NCBI GenBank assembly: GCA_963932905.1
Contig: CAWVRN010000009.1
Coordinates: 32,001-96,000, forward strand
Direction: 5' to 3'
Length of the DNA: 64,000 nucleotides
Origin: an uncultured Bdellovibrio sp.
Lineage (GTDB): Bacteria; Bdellovibrionota; Bdellovibrionia; Bdellovibrionales; Bdellovibrionaceae
Made by a program: the position numbers and the translations under genes. Below are positions 38,879-46,669 of this stretch, one piece after another (within the stretch, counting starts at the first letter, position 1; each line of letters begins with the position of its first letter). The notes under the pieces were generated by a model. The model saw only the letters and a list, made by a program, of their open reading frames with translations, did no database searches and was not told where the DNA came from.

Positions 38879-41800
38879 TTTCTACCTCCCCGCGAGTTTA
38901 GTCGTGATTCTAAGTAAGCAACCATTGGGCCGCGTCCTAGAGCCTTTTGAAGTGATTTCAATTTCTCTATGTCATTGAAATTAAAAGGATCTTCCACAAT
39001 GCTCTTTTGCAGTTGATTGGCCTCGTTCGCCACTTTGTGTCGCTCACGAGTAAAGTTTATAAATGGATTCTCTTTCTGACCGCTTTGTTCAGCGGCTTTC
39101 TTTAATTTTTCAATTTCAGCCGATGCTAAACGCGAACCTGGCTTAGATGATTCTTCTGCTAAATCGAATAGATCTTTGAATACGGCTTGTTTAGTCGCCA
39201 CATCCCACATCTCAGCCACTTTTTCTTTAACAGTGATGGCTTGGGTGATGTACGGCTTAACTTGAAGCTGAACTTGTTCTTGATAGAATTTCTTTTGAGC
39301 CGCATCTAACTGCTTAGGTGCTGGCAACGCTAGGATGTCTTGAACTAGCTTAGAATTCTCGTGGTACACTTGAGCTAACATAATTAACTGCAATGAAGTA
39401 TCTTTAGCTTTGATGGCCGCCTGTGAACGTTTCTCTAACTGTTTGATTAGCTTGATACGTTCAACCAAGTTCTTTTGAATTACACGGTCAGATCGTCCTG
39501 AAAGGGGAGTTGAAGCCAGTTTCTTTTGCAATTGTTCAAAAGATTTAATTTCCATTGAACGAGCTAGAATTTGAGATTCAAATGTATCTTTCGACGATTT
39601 GTTCGCAAGGACAGTGCGGGCGATACCCATGTCCGCTGATTTTTCGTATGTGATCACACCAGCCGCCGCAAACAATTGCGGATTGCCTTTTAAAACACGA
39701 CTGTATTTAGAGAACAATTTTTTAGGCTCGCTGCTGAAATGAATCAACTGGTAAGCCGCGTACTGATTTTTTTCTTGGTCTTTTGAAACCGTCATAAATT
39801 TCAAATACTCTGGCGTTGGATCTTGGTGAGCCAATTCCATTAACAATGCAATTTTGAAATGGTGTTCGCCGATTTGAGATTTCTTAGGAGTAACTTGTTT
39901 TAACAACCGTAATGCACCTTGGAAATCCATACGCATTTCAGCGACCCAAGCGGCTTGATCCAGCGCCCAGTTTTTCTCATCCAGAGATAAACCGTCTAAT
40001 CCTAAGTATTGTTCAGATGATTTAGCTACCATGTCTAAGTTTTTCAAACGTAGTGCGATCGCTAATTTGTTTTTAATCAATGTGCGTTTTTCACCAGCCG
40101 GCCAGCTAGAGTACGCCACTTTATCTAACTTAGTTAGTTGTGATGTTAACTGTTCTTTAGTTGAAACTGTGCTGTTGATGATCTTAGCGGCTTGGTTAAG
40201 GATCGATTTTCTCCATAGACCTAAGAAGTAAGCCGCACGTGGTTTAAACGTTTGAGAGAAAAGTAGAGAATCTTCTTCGATCTGTGCTTCGTTTTTCAAG
40301 ATCACAGATGAATCTAAGCAAAGCTCTGATGATTTCTCGCGAATGCTTGCCGGGGCTTTAGCATCTACCGCTAGTTCACGGAAAAGATCAGCCGCTTGTA
40401 CGTAATCTTCATTTTCATAAAAGATATGACCAATTTGGTATTTGATTTCATCGCGTTTTGGACCTTTAGGATTTAACTCCAGGTACAAACGGAATGATGA
40501 TAACTGCATCGACGCATCTTCAGATAACTCAGCGGCTTCAATGGCGCCTAATAAAGATCCCTCGAACATACGAGCAAAGCGAGCTTCCGAGCGATCCATT
40601 TTTGCAAATAGATGTCCCGCTTTGCTGAATGCAGTGAACGCTTCTTGGTACATTTTGCGTTTTAATGAGGAATGTCCTGTCCAGTAGCTCATTTCAGCGT
40701 CATCAAATGCAGCTGTGTATTTGCCGAACCCAATAATTAACTCGGTGGTGGGTGCCCGCTCTTCGGCTTTACCCCAGTCAGTTAGAATTTTCTTAAGTCC
40801 TTGCTGACCTAAGGTACACTCATCGCCCGCTTTTTTACAGGCAGGACCTTTCAGTAACGCAATCGAGCGATCGATTTCAGTCAAAAGCTTAGCTTTGTGA
40901 CCAAGATCGTACTGAATACGAGTGATTTGAATTTGACCCTCTAGCTGACTAGCAAAATCTACTTCTTGTTTACCGATGATGGCCCATACTAACAGAGCGC
41001 TTTCTTTTTTAGCTGTGCGATCTAATTCAGTCGCTAAGTAAACTAAGTTTTTCTGACGAGCTGAATCTGGGCTTAGTGTCACAAGAGTCTGTACATCTGA
41101 TTCAACGATATTGTTTCTAGCCATGAATGTCGCTAGATCGCGAGATACTTCTTCTTGGAAGCTGGTGTCGACAACCATGGTTTTATCTGTTTTTGATTTC
41201 TTCAAAAACAGAGATTTGTTTTTTAATAAAGTAATAAGCTGTACTTGAGCTTCTTTAGTTTTGCCTAAGTTGTATTGGCACCAAGCATCGCGATATAGCG
41301 CGTAGCCTTTAGATGGATTCTCTTTAATTTTTAAAGAGTCGCGAAATAGTTTTGAGGACTTATCAAATTCGCCTTTGTAAAACAGTATGTCGGCCCATTG
41401 GATTTGAGCCACAGCCACTGTTTCTTTTTTATTTTGAGCGGCATTTTTAACGATGCCCGCGTAAATTTTTACGGCGTCATCTTGGTTTTGCATTAATAAA
41501 TGCAAATGCGCCGTTTGTAAAAGAACACGGCCTTTTTCTTGAGATTTTAATGATGGCAGAACTTGTGTGTAGATTTTTACGGCTTTTGTTCTGTCCGTTG
41601 CTATTTGATCTTTATAAAGCTGATCGCCTTTGCCTTCTTTTTCTAAAGACCATAAGCGAGCACGCTCAGAATACAAGTCCGCTAAACGTAATGCTAGCTG
41701 AGACTGCTTGTACATAGTGTCGTTATCGCGAATTGATAAAATCGACTCTAGTTTTTGGATTAATGAATCATGTGTCGAAAGATCCAGCTTCTCTGCTGCA

Positions 41801-41898
41801 TTTACTAAAGGAGCGATAACTAAATGAGAGGCTAGTAGCGATGTGATCGCTACGAATCTCATTGTGTTGATAAATTTAGTATAAGAAGCTTGTATCAT
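38875..41898 (-). CDS. Large TPR protein, GltD/AgmU-like
   Basis: Signal peptide, LRLADLYSERAR, multiple TPRs, PAPKQL..Y near the C-terminus. Confidence 0.8.
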   Translation of the reverse strand: MIQASYTKFINTMRFVAITSLLASHLVIAPLVNAAEKLDLSTHDSLIQKLESILSIRDNDTMYKQSQLALRLADLYSERARLWSLEKEGKGDQLYKDQIATDRTKAVKIYTQVLPSLKSQEKGRVLLQTAHLHLLMQNQDDAVKIYAGIVKNAAQNKKETVAVAQIQWADILFYKGEFDKSSKLFRDSLKIKENPSKGYALYRDAWCQYNLGKTKEAQVQLITLLKNKSLFLKKSKTDKTMVVDTSFQEEVSRDLATFMARNNIVESDVQTLVTLSPDSARQKNLVYLATELDRTAKKESALLVWAIIGKQEVDFASQLEGQIQITRIQYDLGHKAKLLTEIDRSIALLKGPACKKAGDECTLGQQGLKKILTDWGKAEERAPTTELIIGFGKYTAAFDDAEMSYWTGHSSLKRKMYQEAFTAFSKAGHLFAKMDRSEARFARMFEGSLLGAIEAAELSEDASMQLSSFRLYLELNPKGPKRDEIKYQIGHIFYENEDYVQAADLFRELAVDAKAPASIREKSSELCLDSSVILKNEAQIEEDSLLFSQTFKPRAAYFLGLWRKSILNQAAKIINSTVSTKEQLTSQLTKLDKVAYSSWPAGEKRTLIKNKLAIALRLKNLDMVAKSSEQYLGLDGLSLDEKNWALDQAAWVAEMRMDFQGALRLLKQVTPKKSQIGEHHFKIALLMELAHQDPTPEYLKFMTVSKDQEKNQYAAYQLIHFSSEPKKLFSKYSRVLKGNPQLFAAAGVITYEKSADMGIARTVLANKSSKDTFESQILARSMEIKSFEQLQKKLASTPLSGRSDRVIQKNLVERIKLIKQLEKRSQAAIKAKDTSLQLIMLAQVYHENSKLVQDILALPAPKQLDAAQKKFYQEQVQLQVKPYITQAITVKEKVAEMWDVATKQAVFKDLFDLAEESSKPGSRLASAEIEKLKKAAEQSGQKENPFINFTRERHKVANEANQLQKSIVEDPFNFNDIEKLKSLQKALGRGPMVAYLESRLNSRGGRN

Positions 41899-41906
41899 AA
41901 TTCTTC

Positions 41907-42404
41907 CTACTTGTTTCCTGCGTTGATGGCGTAGTTACCTGGAAGTACGGCAAATGCATACTTCTCGAAACCAGCAACACCACCGGCTCTTAAGATCAAA
42001 CTAATTTTGTCGTAATCGGCATCTTTGTCCGCTTGGATGATCAGAGAATTTTTTTCTTCCGTTTTGCTGTCAATTAAAACTTTAACGATAGTTTCAGATG
42101 TTGTTGGCTTGTCTTCGACAAAAATGTCGTTACCTTCCATGCGAACAACAACACCGGCGTTCATAATTTCAGTCAGAGTCGCCGTCGGCAGAGTTGTGTT
42201 TTTACCAACCGTTAAGTTTTGTAATTGGCCATTCATGTTTGAAAGTAAGAAAATAACCAAGATACAAAAAGCATCGATCAACGTCGTTAAGTTCATCGCA
42301 AACAATAGGCTCTTGCCTTTGGATTTAACTCCGGCGGCACGCACGCGCTTTTGAATCAGCAGCGGGCTATTTTTAATTTGAGTAGCTAAAATACCTTGTT
42401 TCAT
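41907..42404 (-). CDS. ExbD/TolR family gliding motor subunit (AglS-like)
   Basis: NLTTLIDAFCILVIFLL (conserved TM Asp), IIQADK. Confidence 0.88.
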   Translation of the reverse strand: MKQGILATQIKNSPLLIQKRVRAAGVKSKGKSLLFAMNLTTLIDAFCILVIFLLSNMNGQLQNLTVGKNTTLPTATLTEIMNAGVVVRMEGNDIFVEDKPTTSETIVKVLIDSKTEEKNSLIIQADKDADYDKISLILRAGGVAGFEKYAFAVLPGNYAINAGNK

Positions 42405-42448
42405 CGAATACGTCCTAGTTAGAGTCTGTAGCTAATTTTCTAAAGTGC

Positions 42449-42904
42449 TTAAATCGGTGAAAGACCAACGTCTTTGATGCCGTTCTGTTTTAGTAAATCC
42501 ATTAAACGAATAACTTGATCATACTTAGTCGTCTTAGTTGGCAGAACATGGGCGTTCTCGATTTTTTGAGAGGTAGTAGCAAGAAGATAACTTTTTGCTT
42601 TCATCCAATCGATTTGCCCATCTTTTGCCGCTAGCGTATTTGATTTATCCGCCGCTTTTGGTTTTTTGATTGTCACCGTGATATTGTTTTTCTCGTCGAT
42701 AGAGACCCAAAGGCTAGCGCGTGGGTCTGTTTCATCCAGGCTTTGTCCACCGATCGCTTGTTTGGTTTCTAGTGATCGGACTTCAACCCAAACCACTGTC
42801 ATCAACAAGAAACAAATACAGACAGAAAGAATATCGAAAACGGGAAGCAAATTAAGCTCAACGTTTAAATCTTTTTTTCCACCTGATCCAGAAGCTAATC
42901 CCAT
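42449..42904 (-). CDS. ExbD/TolR family gliding motor subunit (AglQ-like)
   Basis: ELNLLPVFDILSVCICFLL, YDQVIRLMD. Confidence 0.88.
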   Translation of the reverse strand: MGLASGSGGKKDLNVELNLLPVFDILSVCICFLLMTVVWVEVRSLETKQAIGGQSLDETDPRASLWVSIDEKNNITVTIKKPKAADKSNTLAAKDGQIDWMKAKSYLLATTSQKIENAHVLPTKTTKYDQVIRLMDLLKQNGIKDVGLSPI

Positions 42905-42945
42905 AACAACCTCACGTTCCTAAATATGATCTGTTTTAACTCGTA

Positions 42946-43626
42946 CTACTCTTGGCTTGCTTTTGATTTCTTTTGAACCGGCTCGTAACTGTAAGTTAAC
43001 CAGTTGTAGACCATCAATGCTGTTTGATTTACGTCTTCAGAAACTGAGTTAGCGCGATTTTGAAGAACTGCGAACATCGCAAGGGCCGGGATCGCAACTA
43101 ATAAACCGTACGCTGTTGCGTACATTGCCATCGAGATACCTTGTGATAACAACGCTGCTTTTTCCGCTGGGTTAACGTTAGCTACCGCAGCGAAAGAGTC
43201 GATAAGACCGATGATTGTACCTAATAGACCAGCTAATGTGCCGATGTTACCGATAGCGGCTAAGAAACCAGTGCGTTTTTCAACGGCTGAGGCTTCAGCT
43301 AATAATACTTCATCCATTTTAGATTGGATTTCTTCACTACCACCGCGAGCTTGCGCGGCTTGTGTTCCAGCTACGATAACTTTACCGATGGCTGAATCTT
43401 TTTGTGAAAGCTTTTGCGCTTTCGCTAGTACTGTTTCAAGACGACCTTTTTTAATGTCTTCTTCAAACGTCTTTGCCACCTTTTTGTTGTCTAAAGAGCG
43501 CGACACATAAAGTGCGTAAACTCTTTCGATGATGATCGCTAGAGAGAAAATCTGTCCAACGAAAATGATCCACATAACAAAGCCACCATGGCCGAATGCG
43601 TGAATGATATTTGTAAAAAATGCCAT
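42946..43626 (-). CDS. MotA/TolQ/ExbB proton channel (AglR-like)
   Basis: IIIERV, NIGTLAGLLGTIIGLI, GISMAMYATAYGL; start ATG 43626 with GAGG RBS. Confidence 0.93.
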   Translation of the reverse strand: MAFFTNIIHAFGHGGFVMWIIFVGQIFSLAIIIERVYALYVSRSLDNKKVAKTFEEDIKKGRLETVLAKAQKLSQKDSAIGKVIVAGTQAAQARGGSEEIQSKMDEVLLAEASAVEKRTGFLAAIGNIGTLAGLLGTIIGLIDSFAAVANVNPAEKAALLSQGISMAMYATAYGLLVAIPALAMFAVLQNRANSVSEDVNQTALMVYNWLTYSYEPVQKKSKASQE

Positions 43627-43682
43627 AACTACCTCTTTTTTCATGTTTTTACAGGTTAGCACCTGGTTCGGGAGAGGTAGTG

Positions 43683-43699
43683 AGCAACGACTAGGCCGA
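43683..43699 (-). promoter_or_regulatory. Putative sigma54 promoter of the gliding operon
   Basis: Minus strand TTCGGCCTAGTCGTTGCT, i.e. GG-N10-GC, about 57 bp upstream of the first ATG. Confidence 0.5.
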
Positions 43700-43831
43700 A
43701 ACCTCTACTGCAATCTAAACAGGGTAGAGGTCAAATTTTCTTAAATGAAAAGATTTTGGACACTCGATAATGACAATTGCGGTCCGCACCGAAACAAAAA
43801 CGGGCCCTGTTATTTTCTGAACAGGGAGAAA

Positions 43832-46201
43832 TTACATATCGTATCGACCAACGCTTAGATGCGATTCAACCTGTTTACGGATCGCATTTACATCTAACGT
43901 CGATAGCTTATCATTAGCTTTTGACGGCAGAACTAAAGAATCCTTATTCAATTTGAACTTGATCACTGAGTTTGGGTCCGTACATTTCATATCTGTCGCC
44001 GTTAATTCGCAGGTACGCAGCGTTTGTGACGTTTGGTTTTCAATTGAGTATTTGAACGGGAAGATAGGGACTAAATGCTTAGGGATGCCCACTGTATGAC
44101 GTAGCTTGCTTTCAAGGACGCGGCTCCATGATTCATTGGAAAATGCGATGGTTACATTCTGTTTTGCAATTAGTTGAAGTGAATCACCGTTGACGAATGT
44201 AAACTCAAGAGGAAAACTCTCTTGGCCTTCGATAATTGTAAGAGTACCGACATTGTTGGCCTTCAGATTCAAATCAAATACGAAGTTTACATTTTCAATT
44301 GGCTCTTCGCTTAGAGGCATACGGCTAGTGAACGGCTCTTTCCCATCGACGCCAACCGTAGATTGGATTTCACCCGCGATTTGTTTCAGTGAATACGTAA
44401 CGATACCGCCAGAGGTTTGCGACCTGTTGATTGCGCCTGTTAATTTAGTATTTAAGAATTTAAATTCAGACGCTAATCCATAATAACGGATAAGAATTTC
44501 TTTTAATTCGTCTTGGTATGTCGAAGCAGTTACTACGTTATAGAAATCAAGAACGGCGCCTGATTTAGGGTAGTTGGCTTTCACTTTTTCATTGAGCGTT
44601 TTATGAAGAGTCGCATTAGTTTCTGCCGTCGCCGAAATTTTACATTGAGTCAGCAAAATATTTTTAAGCACGGTTAATTGATATGGGCTGCTGATGTCTG
44701 AGGTTTTTTCCTTAGAAAGTTTGATTAATGTGTCGCTAGTTTCATTGATACATTTTTCAAACGATGGAAGATCTTTCAGTTCAATAGGCGCAGTTGTTGG
44801 CTGAACAGTCGCAGACGCTGTTTTATCTTTAGGAATCGGAGCTGCTGACGCTGCCTGCGCTACAGGTTTAACCGCAGCTTTATTCGAATCTTTTGGTTTG
44901 CCATAGGCGCTGTAAGCTTGACGGCGAGTTTTCAGGTTTTCATTTTTAGCTTCCGTTTCAGCGAAGAATTTGATTTCCGCTGCAGAATCGGGGAACGATT
45001 TAGTCGCGACGTCCACCACGGTTTGAGTCATGAATAATTCAACCGTATTCTCTTTAATACTCGAACGACCACACATCGCGGCTGCGGCTAATTTTAGTTC
45101 CAGTAATTCATGCGGTGTAGCCGCTTTCGCTTTTGCGGATTTCATACCGCCAAGACCCTTGTTGACAAGTTCTGTGAAGCATCCTTTGAATGTGGTGTAG
45201 ACTTCAGATTCTTTTTTGTCTTTCTTTTTATCGTCATTGGCCCCAGTAACAGCTGGTTTCGCAGCCGGCGCCACGGTGTTAACAACGGGCGCAGAGGCGA
45301 CGGGAGTTCCTGTAGCTACTTTGTTTGTTGTAACAGTAGGAGCAGCTGCTGCCTTGTCTGTGGCTTTCGGAGCTGCAGAGGAAGCTGCTTTATCTGCCGG
45401 TTTAACAGCCACGGCAGCTGGAGTCGTAGCAACCACCGCCGGTGTTGGCTGAAGTTGAGGTGTTGCGATCGGTTGAACGGACGGTGCCGCGCTTGTTTGG
45501 TTTGGCGCTGCCGCCAATGCCGCTGCTTCCGCAGCGACTTGATCATAAAGTTTAGCACGCTCGGACTCAGAAGCTTTTTCACCTTCAATACCCATGAAGG
45601 TATCAACGATTTCATCGACATCTGAAAATTTACTTAATGTGTACTCTGCGATTTTCTTGTTAATCGAAGCTTCAGCTTCATCTGCTTTTGCAGCCGGCTT
45701 TGGACAGTCCTTTAATATAGCTAATTTAGTTTCAAATAGTTTCTTAGCCGCAATAGTTTTCGTGTCTTTATCGCGTTCTTTAGAAATAGCGGAAGAAATT
45801 TTCGGACTGATGCACTCTTCAAATAGTTCCAGTTCGGTTTTTTTGGTGTTTGATTGAGTGATACTAACACCTGGCTGAGTCACCGTAGCCGTTGAGCCAC
45901 CTCTAGATGAAGTACCTGCCGCCGAACTGTCGGACGAAGCCGCTGGATTTCCTTTCGCTTCATCAGCGGGCGTCGGAGTCGAAACTGGTGCCGCACCCGA
46001 AGTCTCACCGCCAGTAGCCCCTGGTTTAGGATCTTCTTTAATAGGCCCAGTGACTGGAGGCGTATCTTTCTTGGCATCTTTTGCTTCCACTTTTTCAGCT
46101 GGTTTAGCTTTCGCATCCTTGTTTGTGTTCTTCTTCGTACAACCCGATGCCAAAGTCAGACAACTAATAGATAAAATTAGTAGTTTATATCCTGGTTTCA
46201 T
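43832..46201 (-). CDS. Large lipoprotein with three C-x35-C helical repeats and Ala/Pro/Thr linkers
   Basis: Lipobox ASGC; AAGGAG RBS before ATG 46201; repeats described in findings. Confidence 0.85.
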   Translation of the reverse strand: MKPGYKLLILSISCLTLASGCTKKNTNKDAKAKPAEKVEAKDAKKDTPPVTGPIKEDPKPGATGGETSGAAPVSTPTPADEAKGNPAASSDSSAAGTSSRGGSTATVTQPGVSITQSNTKKTELELFEECISPKISSAISKERDKDTKTIAAKKLFETKLAILKDCPKPAAKADEAEASINKKIAEYTLSKFSDVDEIVDTFMGIEGEKASESERAKLYDQVAAEAAALAAAPNQTSAAPSVQPIATPQLQPTPAVVATTPAAVAVKPADKAASSAAPKATDKAAAAPTVTTNKVATGTPVASAPVVNTVAPAAKPAVTGANDDKKKDKKESEVYTTFKGCFTELVNKGLGGMKSAKAKAATPHELLELKLAAAAMCGRSSIKENTVELFMTQTVVDVATKSFPDSAAEIKFFAETEAKNENLKTRRQAYSAYGKPKDSNKAAVKPVAQAASAAPIPKDKTASATVQPTTAPIELKDLPSFEKCINETSDTLIKLSKEKTSDISSPYQLTVLKNILLTQCKISATAETNATLHKTLNEKVKANYPKSGAVLDFYNVVTASTYQDELKEILIRYYGLASEFKFLNTKLTGAINRSQTSGGIVTYSLKQIAGEIQSTVGVDGKEPFTSRMPLSEEPIENVNFVFDLNLKANNVGTLTIIEGQESFPLEFTFVNGDSLQLIAKQNVTIAFSNESWSRVLESKLRHTVGIPKHLVPIFPFKYSIENQTSQTLRTCELTATDMKCTDPNSVIKFKLNKDSLVLPSKANDKLSTLDVNAIRKQVESHLSVGRYDM

Positions 46202-46376
46202 AGCCATCTCCTTAGGAAGGGTCTTTTCATCCAAGAGAGGTTAGTTCAATTTCCATGGCACAAATTGAGACTTCATCGCGGATATAGAGGGTTTGGGAAC
46301 GGTTTCGGGGGACGTACCTAATGGGTGATTACGGTCGTCTAATTTTAAGACAGTGGGCGGCCGGGTGCGGATGAAA

Positions 46377-46609
46377 TTTTTTTTGAGTTTGGCCCTCGCA
46401 TTGGTAGCTTTGGATCGGGGTGGTGCGAGGGTCTTCCTTTTGCGGAATTTCGTTTTAAAGGTATATGGAAAAGCCTCGGCAATCCTCGCCGTGCGCTTTA
46501 CGCCGGCTGCGGAACTCATTTTTCCATATACCTTTAAAACGAAATTCCGCAAAAGGAAGACCGAGCTTGAATTGAAAGCTGCCAATGCGAGGGATAAACT
46601 CAAAAAAAA
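46377..46609. repeat. Nested double-hairpin element, copy B
   Basis: Outer arms 46377-46411 / 46575-46609 (32 WC, 2 G-T, 1 mismatch); inner arms 46430-46472 / 46520-46562 (43/43); 47-nt core 46473-46519. Confidence 0.95.
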
Positions 46610-46632
46610 AGCCCGAGGTTTTATCCTTGGGC
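46602..46632 (-). terminator. Rho-independent terminator of the beta-propeller gene
   Basis: Minus strand GCCCAAGG-ataaaa-CCTCGGGC followed by T9, which is the A-run at the end of element copy B. Confidence 0.65.
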
Positions 46633-46669
46633 CTTGTCGTTTTTGTAAATTTAGATCTTACTTTCTAGT

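Noticed and set aside
45110..45625. 171-aa Cys/Arg-rich antisense ORF and the many other short ORFs nested in long genes
   Set aside because: Shadow frames of Ala/Pro-rich or well-supported genes on the other strand; no RBS or family motifs.
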